Assembly: GCF_902713615.1 (NCBI RefSeq)
Contig: NC_052160.1
Coordinates: 41,915,440 to 41,979,439, forward strand
Length of the DNA: 64,000 bases
From: Scyliorhinus canicula
Taxonomy: Eukaryota
Reading direction: 5' to 3'
The translations under genes were made by a program, and so were the position numbers. Positions 25,031 through 36,733 of this stretch are shown here, one piece after another; within the stretch, counting starts at the first letter, position 1, and every line of letters starts with the position of its first letter. The notes below the pieces were generated by a model. That model was not told the origin of the DNA, did no database searches, and was given only the letters and a program-made list of their open reading frames with translations.

Positions 25031-25065
25031 GAACACCCCACCGGGTGTTCTTTCCAGTGGGCAGG

Positions 25066-25282
25066 CTTACAACACCAGGTTAAAGTCCATCCGGTTTGTT
25101 TCAAATCACTAGCTTTCGGAGCAGTGCTCCTTCCTCAGGTGAATCAACCTGAGTCATTCATGAGGAAGGAGCAGTGCTCCGAAAGCTGGTGATTTGCAAC
25201 AAACCTGTTGGACTTTAACCTGGTGTTGTAAGACTTCTTACTGTGCCCACCCCAGCCCTAACGCCGGTGTCTCCACATCATG
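25066..25282. mobile_element. Penelope-type inverted pseudo-LTR pair (72-bp arms, 23-nt spacer)
   Basis: 25066-25137 is near-complementary to 25161-25232; each arm carries a hammerhead-like core. Confidence 0.75.
25104..25144 (-). ncRNA. Candidate minimal type I hammerhead ribozyme (Penelope-associated)
   Basis: Minus strand reads UCAC-CUGAGGA-A-GGAGC ACU GCUCC-GAAA-GC-UA-GUGA: stem I, CUGANGA, stem II, GAAA, palindromic AGCU stem III, UH site. Confidence 0.55.
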
Positions 25283-25354
25283 GTTTTTTCCAGGGCACCG
25301 GAGAAGAGGTGGGGATGTGTGCTCTGGCTGAGGACTGGAGTCAGTCATTCAGGT

Positions 25355-25705
25355 TTAGAACATAGAACAGTACAGCACAGAACAGGCCCTTCGGCCCTCG
25401 ATGTTGTGCCGAGCAATGATCACCCTACTCAAACCCACGTATCCACCCTATACCCGTAACCCAACAACCCCCCCCCCTCCCCTTAACCTTACTTTTTTTA
25501 GGACACTACGGGCAATTTAGCATGCCCAATCCACCTAACCCGCACATCTTTGGACTGTGGGAGGAAACCGGAGCACCCTGAGGAAACCCACGCACACACG
25601 GGAAGGACGTGCAGACTCCGCACAGACAGTGACCCAGCTGGGAACCGAACCTGGGACCCTGGAGCTGTGAAGCATTTATGCTAACCGCCATGCTACCGTG
25701 CTGCC
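25355..25705 (-). mobile_element. Full-length HE1 SINE with CR1-derived tail
   Basis: Complete V-domain with GGGTGCTCCGGTTTCCTCCCACAG and GGGCCGAAGGGCCTGTTCTGTGCTGTACTGTTCTA tail. Confidence 0.88.
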
Positions 25706-27193
25706 TATGCCTCCCCCATGAAGGCATTGACTCCTCACTGGGGGGGTGGGGACGCTGCTTGCCTCGAAGCCACAAAATTGTGGGTTCAAGAGACCACCCT
25801 CCTCCTCCAGGTATCCTTGCCCAAAAAGAGCATTGGTGAACATGGATATCCATTGGATCGGCCTGTGCTTAAGCTTGGCAAAGTACTGCTGTGGTTTCCC
25901 ATTGCCTGCTTGCCGTGTGACTGTGGAGTAAACTTTCCTGCCATCAGACGCCAGGGGAGGATTTACAGGCTGGTCATCAACCTATTTGGCCACATTATGA
26001 ATGCAACTTCCCATGGCCACTGAACCCAGACCTTCTGGCTGAGAGATAATGATGCCAACTACTGCCCCTACAGCTTTCCCCCAGAGATTAGTGTACATAA
26101 TCCAGGCTGACACTGCCAGTACTGAGGGAGTGTGGCACTGAGCGTTAAACTAAGACCCCCATCTATCCTCAAACACAAACAGTGGAGATTATATTTTTTT
26201 GTTATTCATTCAAGGGATGTGGTGTCGCTGGCTAAACCGGTATTTATTGTCCATCCCTAATTACCTATGAGAAGGTGGTGGTGAGCTGCCTACTTGCTAC
26301 CACTGCAATGCATGGGGTGTGTGTACACTGTGCTGTTAAGGAGGGAGTTCCAGGATTTTGACCCAGTGTCATTGAAGGAATGATGTTCTATTTCTCAGAA
26401 GAAGACGTAGCGGTAAGCAGGAATTTCTTCACTCAGGTGGTGAAGTTTGGAATTATCTACCTCAGAGGACTGTGAAGGCTCAATCTATTTAGACAGATTG
26501 ACAGATCTTGCGGTATTAAAATATAAAGTGATATGGGGATAATTCAGGATAATGGCATTGAGGTAGATCAGCCATGATCTAGTTGCATGGCAGAGCAAGC
26601 GTAAGGAACCCAAAAGCTGACTGCTGCTCCGATTTCCTTTGTTCCTGTGTGAGGGGGTTTGCATGAGTAGCATTACCTGAACTATGATTCCCTGTGGCTC
26701 CTTGCAGATTGAGCAATCTTAGGAGGCAGCCGCAAAAGCAATCTCTAGGGGTCAATCTTGAGTTGACAGAGACCCTTCATGATCTCATGATCTTCTTGAG
26801 GCGAGGGATAAGTTCATCTAGTGGTCAGGAAGTAGATGGAGACGACCCTTACAGGGATGGACAGTCCAAAATATAAAATAATTACATAAAAAGTCATTGT
26901 AAAATGACTGTAAAATAATTAAAACATTGACATTGGATTTTTGGAGGTGGTTCTGAGTTAGACAATTGGGAACATGGTAATTTATATCCACACCAAAGGC
27001 TCCGTTTAATGTATCCTATATACAGTACAGGATCATGTATCCTACATTTAGGTACCACATTAACTCCAGTCGCACAAACACTAACCTTTTGGCTTCTTAG
27101 CAAAGCTGAGATTTGGAACTGGAAATTGTGGGGAGGACACAATACTGAGCAATTGATAAAGGCTGAAAGAGGGGATTAAGAATGTTAAAGGGA

Positions 27194-27415
27194 GGGCAGC
27201 ATGGCAGCACAGTGGATAGCACTACTGCCTCACAGCACCAAGGACCTGGGTTCAATCCCAGCCCCAGATCACTTTCCCTATGGAACTTGCACATTCTCCC
27301 TGTGTCTGCTTGGGTCTCACCACCATAACCCAAAGATGTACAGGGTAGGTAGATTGGCCACGCTAAATTGCCCCTCAATTGGGGGGAAAAAATTGGGTAC
27401 TTTAATTTTTTTTTA
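27194..27415 (+). mobile_element. HE1-like V-SINE
   Basis: SINE consensus. Confidence 0.88.
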
Positions 27416-27496
27416 AAGTACCTGCTTTATTGCAATAAAGCAGCCTGTTTGGCTTAGAGCCTCAGATGTGTCAATAGTGCCTTCAATCAGCAAATA

Positions 27497-27832
27497 CCGA
27501 GAGAGTGCTGTACTGGCAGACAGGCAGTACCAAGGGAGTAGTGCACTGGCAGATGGGCAGTGCAAAGGGAGTACTGCATTGGCGGGAGTACTGCACTGGC
27601 AGATGGGCAGTGCCAAGGGAGTACTGCATTGGCAGAACCAAGGGAGTACTGCACTGGCAGACAGGCAGTATCGAGGGAGTGCTGCATTACGGAGGGAATT
27701 TCCAAGGGAGCACTGCACTGGAAATACTGAGGGGTACTGTATTAACGAGGGAGTGCTGCACTGGTAGATAGGCAGTACCAAGGGAGCACTGCATTAATGC
27801 AGTGGACATTCCGAGGGAGTGTAGCACTGGAA
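27497..27832. repeat. Minisatellite of about 33-bp unit GGGAGTRCTGCACTGGCAGAYRGGCAGTRCCAA
   Basis: About 10 degenerate copies of the GAGTRCTGCACTG core. Confidence 0.85.
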
Positions 27833-28291
27833 TGGGGGTCAGTTTTCTGCAAATACTTACTCTCCAATGGTACTATTTGAAGAAAACAGCGATGTCAATG
27901 CCATCAATAAATAACTACTTTCATCTTATTGCACTCAAAACAAAACAATTTATTGTATGGTGTTCCAGAGTTGCAATAAGTCTTATAATCCAATCCTACA
28001 ATCCTGAGAACTCTACATTCCTCCAACAATGGCTTCTTGCAATTCCCCAATTTCTGAACCTACCATGCCTTAAATTGTCTTGGCTGAAGCCCAAGATCCT
28101 GCAATCCCTCCTTAAATCTTATAACGTGCCTTAAAATGTACGACTGTGACCAAGTTTGTAAGTAATTTGTCCAAATATTTTATGTGATTTCTTATCAAAT
28201 GTGGATTACCTGGTGAAGAACTTGGGATATTTTACTATAGGAACTAGAGATGGGCAATAAATGCTGGTCTAGTCAGTGATGCCCACATCTC

Positions 28292-28830
28292 GGCAGCACA
28301 GTAGAACAGTGGTTAGGACTGTTGCTTCACAGCGCCAGGCATCCAGGTTCGATTCCTGGCTTGGGTCACTGTCTGTGAGGAGTCTGCACATTCTCCGGTT
28401 TGCGTGGTTTTCCTCTGGGGGCTCCGGTTTAATCCCACAAATCCCTGAAAACGTGCTTGTTAGGTGATTTACACATTCTAAATTGTCCCTCAGTGTACTC
28501 AAATAGGTGCCGGAGTGTGGCGACTAGGACATTTTCTTTTTTTTAAAATAAATTTTGAGTTAACAACTCATTTTTTTCCAATTAAGGGGCAATTTAGTGT
28601 GGCCAATCCACCTACCCTGCACATCTTTGGGTTGTGGGTGCGAAACCCACGCAAACATGGGGAGATTGTGTAAACTCCACATGGACAGTGACCCAGGGCC
28701 GGGATCGCACCTGGGACCTCAACATCGTGAGGCTGCAGTGCTAACCACTGCGCCTCCGTGCTTCCCGACTAGGGGATTTTCCCAGTAACTTCATTGTAGC
28801 GTTAATGTAAGCCTATTTGTGACAATAATA
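28292..28830. mobile_element. V-SINE (+) with a second V-SINE (-, about 28540-28765) inserted
   Basis: Imperfect TSD CGACTAGG..ATTTTC at 28521 and 28766. Confidence 0.82.
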
Positions 28831-29859
28831 AAAGGTGATAACAAAGATGATGATGACAAATGAATTAAAAAAAAGTAAAGGTGCTAAATTACACAAGATC
28901 GGGCCTGTTCACTCCCCTTATTCTTTCAGTGGCTCACTCAAGGAGCCCTTATTCTTTCAGTGGCTCACTCAAGGAGCACATGCAACACAGTGAGCTGTAA
29001 AGCTACTCCAGCTAGTCTCAACAGGAGGTGAGCTAGTTGGTGGCCAGATACTGGGCTTTATTTGTAACAAACTGAGGAGGCCCTCAGTGCAAAATTGCCA
29101 ATGGTCTGGCACAAATTGAAAATCTCACTGCCAGTCAGCAGCAGTAAACTATGGGCAGTCAGAGTAGCTGTTGGGTCATAAGAACAGTCAAAAGTGGTAA
29201 AAGGTTAATTTAAACCTTGCCTCCCTGGTGCACCAACCCTCTCAATGTAACACCCAAATACTTTTTAATTGGTGAAAGGGGAAACACTTATTTAAAAGAG
29301 AAAATAAAGAGGCAGCCAGGTAATGGGATAATGTGGATCTCTTTTTGAGAGAGCTGCTATGGGCACAATGGGCTGAATAGCATACTTGTATGTTGCAAAG
29401 TTGTGATTCTAAAGCTTGCAGATAGGTGTTCTTTTACAGTGTCTGTAGATTAAATACTGCTGTATTCATATATCCCTCACCTACTCTCTGAACTCGAAAC
29501 TCCTTCATGGCTGCTATTTATCATTTTTCATTTATATTTCAAGGAACATTTATAAATGCACAAAAACCAAAGGTAACCATGAACATTTGCATAAAAAACT
29601 TCCTAATTCAATAATTCTTTGACAGATGTAGCTGATACAGCAGATTCAGTAGGTAGAGTGCATTGCAGAGAGAACGTGTGTGGAATCAAATCTGGACAGA
29701 ATTGGCAGGAAAATAATGAACAGAATCTGGTTTTCCTTCTAAAGGCAAAGGGGCAGGGTACATGGTGTACACAGTTGGAAACGGCAGTAAATTTGAGCTG
29801 TGCTCTGAGAATATGCATCATGGCTGGGGCTGGGCACCGTGAAGTTGCACAATATACAC

Positions 29860-30122
29860 ACGGCACAGTTGCACAGTGGTGAACACCACTGCCCCACACC
29901 GCCAGGGTCCTGATGTTTGATTCCAGCCTTGGGTCATTGTCTGTGGAGTCTGCACTTTCTCCCAGTATCTGCATAGGTTTCCTCCAGGTGCTGCGGTTTC
30001 CTTCCACAGACCAACAATGTGCAGGTTAGGTGGGGTTACAGGCCCCAGATAGGTGCTCTTTTGGAGGGTTGGTGCAGACTCGATGGGCCTAATGACCTCC
30101 TTCTGCACTGTGGGGATTCTAC
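29860..30122 (+). mobile_element. HE1 SINE with CR1 tail
   Basis: V-domain plus GATGGGCCTAATGACCTCCTTCTGCACTGT tail. Confidence 0.8.
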
Positions 30123-33100
30123 TAAGCAATATAGATGGCAACTGAATATGGGATGTTTCTGATGCTGTCACACTACTACAATGAGTCAACGATTGTTATA
30201 CTGCAAGTTGTCACCTCCCATTACCCATGTGCCTCGTCCCAGATAACTAATTTGCTATCAATGAGAAGGACTGGCAGAACCATTGCAAAAGAGGAGTTAT
30301 AATGGTCAGGCAGAAGAGATTTGATGGACAATTTCAAGGTCAATGAACAATGTAGTCCAGTTGTCCAAAGTCTCATAACACCTGTTGCTATTACAAAGGA
30401 GGTGATCTCTATCCTCAGTTTTGTAATGGTCTGATGCCTTCCACAGGGAAAGTGAACCTATGGGACACTGACCAGTTCGAGCAGGTGAAGGTGTCTTTGG
30501 GGAGGTAGGAAAGGACCTGCCTAGCTACCCAAAACCCAGTAGCAACAGGGAGACCAAAAACAACCAAATGACCAGAGAGTTCTTGTACTCCAAAGCAACA
30601 CAAATTTGAATCCTTCTTACTTGCCTGAAAACACCAAAATCTGGACTACGCCTTCTAAGTAAGGACATTCATAATTCACAAGTCTACATAATCTGTGCCA
30701 TCTATGCCTGGGTTAAATTTGTCACATGGCATTCTTGATGCAGTGGCTTCAAAAAGTGTAATTTTCTTTCTCTGACAGTTAAAAAAACTTTAAAATTCTG
30801 TCCTTGGTGCCCTGTGAAGCCAATTCTCTTTCAATCACACCATTTCATCAGGCACCATGCCTTGGTTGAAGAATTGGTCTTTAATGAAACATTTACATAT
30901 AAACTGAATACATTTGATAACTAAGCATCGTCGCTGGTTTGATGGAAAGGTCGGCCCCTCACCATCAAAACCCCTGCCCTGCACCCTAGTTTCCATCTAC
31001 ATCCAAGGGACAGCCAAAACGCTGAAACAATGCTGCACATTTTGCGACTGAACGACACCCTACAAGAATTATGCCCCTGAGCAAGCTGTGTCCTGCATTG
31101 CAACAGCAAGGATCTCAAGTCATGTAGACAGTTAATTAGACTAAACAGTCATGAACTGTGCAAATAGCAGGTGGCAGTTAGTCTGAAGGACATTTTACAC
31201 AAACATTAAGTCTAGTATGAGTGAATTCTTGAGCGAGAGAGAAAACATACAATCTTTACACTCAGTCACAATCCAAGCTCTTTTCCATTTTATAAGTGGA
31301 TTAAATCTGGTTAAAATATGTCGGATGCTCAGTGATTTAACATTTCACCACAGAAATAATTTCTAGAATAAATATAGTATGTTCCCAGCCTCTGGAATTT
31401 TTCCGGCTTTGTGCAAAGCCAATTTAGGATTTAAAATCGGTGATGTGAAGACTACCCGGACGTACAGTGAATCATTCCGAGTAGAGGAGCAGCAGGTCTT
31501 CCCCAGACCAAAGGTGAATACATATCATTCAGAACACCTGGGTTTCCCTAGATCAGAGCCACTCCATCACTTAGAAGTTGCCCTGGCAGAATCTAGACCT
31601 TCTGTTTGTCCAGTTGTTCACTTTCAGTTCCCCAATTAACTGGATTCTGCAACAAGAAGACAAAGTTAAATGTAGAATGATGGATGCCCATGAGGAGCTG
31701 GTTCAAGGCTGGGAACTAATGGAATAATTCAGGCAAATTATACATATAGTAACAAACATATGGGGGGCAGAGTAAGGATTATGCAATCGTCCAAGACCCT
31801 TCGTGGATCCAATAAGAGGAAACCAGCGCTCGGCTGATAACTGAACATTTGTTCAGCTATTTTTAGATTACCAACTTCATGCAAGATCATACATTTGTGG
31901 ATTTGACACCAGATTAATCATCCAGCTAGGTTTTTAGTACTGTTATCTGGTAAGACATAGGGACCACAAACCAAACCTTTGGATAAGTTAGGAACTATAG
32001 ATAGGTGTCTGAAAAACTGAAAGACAAAGTAAATGCTTGTTCGAGAAATTAATGTGTAGTTGAATGAATTGGAAATGCTGTGCATGTGTACTTGTGCAAA
32101 TGGGTAAGAGAGAACTAGTTCACTAATTATCTGAGCAGAGACATGCATTTATATAGCGTTTTACCATGAACTTCGCAAAATGTCTTGGTGCATTACTACA
32201 CACAGTCAATGCTATGCAGCTAAATACCTATATCTATTTTGCATTTAGCAAGGTCCCAAACAGACACTTTATTCAAATGACCAATTAATTGTGTTGCTGA
32301 GTTTGTTGGAGTGAAAATGTTGGTCAAGTCATGAAGAATTCGAGATGATGAGAAGGCAAGGCTGGATGAACTGCGGGTGGCTATAGGGAAGGTGCCAACA
32401 GGGAAGTCACTGGGGCCAATGGCTTCCCGGTGGATTATTCTAAGAAGTTCTTGGATAGGTTGGCACTGCTGTTGGTGGAGATGTTTGAGGACGTTGTGAC
32501 GAAAGGGGTACTGCCAGCGACGATGGGACAGGCATCCATTTCTTTGCCGCTAAAAAGGATAAGAACCCAGTGGGTCGCATTGGCCGATTTTGTTATTAAA
32601 CATGGATGCCAAGATTTTGGCAACAGTGTTGGCAGTTAGATTGGAGTGGTGCCTCCCAAAGGTGATTGGGGAGGAACAGATAGGGTTTGTGAAGGCAAGA
32701 CAATTGTTGTCTAATGTGCGGCACCTGTTGTGTGGTGCTTCCTCTGGCAGAAGGGAAGGAGGTGGATGTGGATGCAGAGAAGGCCTTTGACCGTGTAGTG
32801 TGTGCAATGTTCTTGTCGGATGGCCTGATTTATATTACAAGAACACTTGTAGCTAAAGCTATAAGTGATTAATTAACATTAGCTGTGGGTCAACTATAGA
32901 CTTAACAGATGAATAATCAATATTCACAGACACAAGGAACCTCTCTCTTCCAGCACCTAGTCAGTCTGAGGTCACCGAACATTCATTATATACTAATGAA
33001 ACACCTAGTGGGTCAGTCGGTGAATTACAAACACAACCATGATATCAAGTACATCCCCTTTCTTTTGAAGGAATAAATTAAGACATCATCATCAGTATGT

Positions 33101-33124
33101 TTACATGTAATATCATTAAATATA

Positions 33125-33273
33125 NNNNNNNNNNNNNNNNNNNNNNNNNNNNNNNNNNNNNNNNNNNNNNNNNNNNNNNNNNNNNNNNNNNNNNNNNNNN
33201 NNNNNNNNNNNNNNNNNNNNNNNNNNNNNNNNNNNNNNNNNNNNNNNNNNNNNNNNNNNNNNNNNNNNNNNNN
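33125..33273. other. Assembly gap (149 N)
   Basis: Run of n. Confidence 1.
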
Positions 33274-33469
33274 TTGAGTCGATCAGGTTTTTTCTGACTC
33301 TCGTTGATCTTCTCAAAGTTTGACCTTGCTGCTCAGAACTTGCAGAGTCAATGGTTCTCCATGACATTCACATGCTCAGGAACTGCTGACCTATCTGACA
33401 CTGCAGCTGACGTTGATTCGTCATCCATCACATTGTGAAATTCTTCTCAAGAGTGTGCAACAATTTCTT

Positions 33470-34118
33470 TTTATAATTAGAGTACCCAATTATTGTTTTC
33501 CAATAAGGGGCATTTAGCATGGCCAATCCACCTGCCCTGCACATCCTGGGGTTGTGGGGGGAGACCCACAAGACACAGGGAGAATGTGCAAACTCCAGTG
33601 ACCTGGGGCTGGGATCTAACCTGGGTCCTCAGCGCCGTGAGGCAGCAGTGCTAACTACTGCGTCACCATACTGCCCTTCGACGAGTTCTTCTTAAAACCA
33701 ACCCGTACATTGTAGGAGATTCATTGAAGCTGACATGTGACCAATAAGCGATTATTATTATTAGATCCATAGCTACTTTCTGCCATAATGCCGTAGGGTA
33801 AATCAGATATTTGCATAGGTTTCTCATGTTTGATTGCAATGATAGGTCTGGCATGTGTCACAACAATTGACCATCCTGTCAATATCAACATCAACAAGGT
33901 GGCGCAGTGGTTAGCACTGCAGTCTCACAGTGTCGAGGTCCCAGGGTTCGATCCTGGCCTAGGACACTGTCCGTGTGGAGTTTGCACATTCTCCCCGTGT
34001 TTGCGTGGGTTTCGCCCCCACAACACAAAATGTGAGGGTAGGTGGATTGGACACACTAAATTGCCACTTAATTGGGGAAAAAATTAATTGGGTATTCTAA
34101 ATTAAAAAAAAAAAAAAT
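33470..34118. mobile_element. Two V-SINEs inside the Gypsy element (- 33470-33677; + 33898-34118)
   Basis: SINE consensus on each strand. Confidence 0.85.
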
Positions 34119-35038
34119 ATCCTGGTCTATACCTGGCCACGAGCTCTCCGTTTACACTTCTCAATCCCGAGATGTCCTTCATGTATCCTCTTAAGTACAT
34201 CCTTGCAAAAGCAATTGAGGCATAACTATAGTGTCCAAATGAACCATCACATCCATTAATGATACTGATTTCAGATCTTATATTGTGGAACTCCATACAT
34301 TGACCCCTGGACCAGTGTAAGTTGATGTTCCTCATCACCTCTTGAAGAGTTTGATCCTTCCTGGTCTCTTCTTGGAGCTCACATAGTTTTGTACCAGATA
34401 CTGGCAGTAGTGTGGAATAAGAATGACATGCAGATCTAAATCTTCAGCAATTTCACTACTAATATTTTGTATCGGCACTCTCGATAATGCATCTGCTTTT
34501 GAACAAATATTTGCCTGGCGTGTAGATGAGATTGAAATCATAGCGTTTTAACTTCATCATCAACCTCTGAATGCAAGGAGACCTTAGTTTGAGATTCATC
34601 CGATGACCATTAACTAAAGGACATGATCGGTCTCAACTGTGAAAGTTGGAAGCTCATATACATAGCCGTGGAATTTCTCCAAGCGTACATCTAAACCCAG
34701 GTATTCTTTTTCGATTTGAGCGTCCCCTCTGCTCTGTTGTCCTCATGGATCGTGATGCATGTGCGACTGGCTTCTAATCATCATGCTTGAGTTGCAGAAG
34801 AACTGACCCGAGGCCATCTTTCGACACGTCTTGTTGACACTTTAATCTGCTTAGATGGGTCAAAAATGTGAGAACTGGCATGGTGGTCAGTGAAGTCTTC
34901 AGCTTCTTCCACTCTTGCTCATGTTGCTCAGTCCAAGTGAAATCCATTGTCTTGTGCAGGAGATCACGTAGATGTATTGTTTTTGCTGACAGGTTTGGAA
35001 TGAATTTCCCTACAAAATTGATCATACCCATCACTCTT

Positions 35039-35262
35039 TTTTAAATATTTAGAGTAGCCAATTATTTTTCTTTTCCAATTAAGGGGCAATTTAGCATGGC
35101 CAATTCACTTAACCAGCACATCTTTGGGTTGTGGGGATGAAACCCATGCAAACACAGGGACAATGTGCAAACTCCACACGGACAGTGACCCAGGGCCAGG
35201 ATTCGAACCCAGTTCCTCAGTGCCGCAGTCCCAGTGCTAACCACTGCGCCACTTGCCACCCC
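35039..35262 (-). mobile_element. V-SINE inserted in Gypsy pol, 17-bp TSD
   Basis: TCATACCCATCACTCTT at 35022-35038 and 35263-35279. Confidence 0.92.
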
Positions 35263-35311
35263 TCATACCCATCACTCTTAAGATGGCTTTCTTGTCGTGT
35301 GGTTTTGGCAT

Positions 35312-36733
35312 TTTAAAAAATGTTTTTATTGGATTTTTGCACAGAGTATATTTTGCCGTTATTTACACAGGATATGATATATCTATATATATGTAAGTAG
35401 GCATCCGTTCATGCCGGCGAGGCACTTCCGGAGGGCAACCTCGAGTGGGTCTGGTGCCGGTGTTGTCCCTTGCTTCTCCCGGTCAGATTTTGCCGCCATT
35501 GTCTTCTCGTGCACGCTGCTGCTTCAGCCGGTCCTCACATCCTCCACCTGTATTCTCCTTTTTCTCTGTTCCTGTGGATGTCAGGTTGGTTAACGTTTCC
35601 CTGCCGCCCCCCACCTCCCTGGTTCTCCTTTATTGTTCCCCGTCTCCCCGCCCCCGCGGTGGTGGTTCGCCTTTCCTTCCTCTTAGAATGAGTTGTCACA
35701 CCCCCCCCCCCCCCCCCCCTCCTATCTCCCCCCCCCTCTATCTCCCCCTCCCCTCCTATCTCCCCCTCTCATGCTTTGGCTGCTTTCCCCTGGTTCCTGG
35801 CTATTCTTCTCCTTGTTTGCTGGCCACAAACAAGTCCCGGAACAATCGGGTGAGTGGCTCCCACATTCTGTGGAAGCAGTCATCTGACCCTCAGGTGGCG
35901 AATTTAATTTTCTCCATTTGGAGGAATTCCGAGAAGTCGTGCAGCCAGTCTGCAGCTCTGGGTGTTGCTGCTGACCGCCAGCCGAACAGGATTCTACGTC
36001 AGGCGATCAGGGAGGCAAAGGCAAGGGCATCTGCCCTCCTCCCCAGAAATAGATCTGGCTGGTCGGAAACCCCGAAGACCGCCACTTTTGGGCATGGCTC
36101 CACCCTCACCACTTTGGACATTGCCTTGAAGAAGACAGTCCAGTACTCCACAAGTCTGGGGCAGGACCAGAACATGTGGGCATGGTTGGCCAGCCCTACT
36201 TGGCACCGTTCACATCTGTCCTCCACCTCTGGGAAGAACCTACTCATACGGGTTCTTGTTAAGTGGGCTCTATGTACCACTTTTAGTTGCGTCAGGCTGA
36301 GCCTTGCGCAGGTGGAGTTGACCCTATGCAGTGCTTCGCTCCAGAGACCCCACCCTATCTCGATCCCCAGGTCTTCCTCCATTTCCTTCTTGTTGCGTCC
36401 AGTACGGTGTCGACCCTTTCTACCAGTCGGTCGTACACGTCGCTACAGTTTCCTCTCTCTAATATGCTTGTGTCCAGTAACGTCTCTCATGGCGGTTGTG
36501 GGTAAGTCCTTGTCTCCTTTCGTAGGAAGTTTCTGAGCTGCAGGTACCTTAGCTCGTTCTCCCTGGCCAGTCAGTTCGTCCAGTGTCGCAAACCTGCCGT
36601 CGGTGTATAGGTCCCTGACTGTCAGTGTCCCCTCGCCCTGTCTCCACCTTTTGAAAGTGGCGTCGGTCAGTGCTGGTGTGAACCTATGGTTGTTACAGAT
36701 GGGATCTTTGTCTGACATTTTGGTCAGGCCAAA
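35312..36733 (-). mobile_element. 5'-truncated L1-clade LINE inserted in Gypsy RT
   Basis: QLKVVHRAHLTRTRMSRFFPEVEDRCERC..NHAHMFWSC; AATAAA on - at about 35325; TSD TGGTTTT(G/T)GCAT at 35300 and 36734. Confidence 0.85.

Noticed and set aside
27413-27832. CRISPR-like array or repeat protein
   Set aside because: Degenerate tandem units with no unique spacers and no cas genes, in vertebrate DNA; the ORFs are repeat artefacts.
33097-33367. ORFs spanning X residues
   Set aside because: Artefact of the N gap.
35445-36536. 363-aa plus-strand ORF
   Set aside because: Antisense reading of the inserted L1 fragment and its C-rich 3'UTR.
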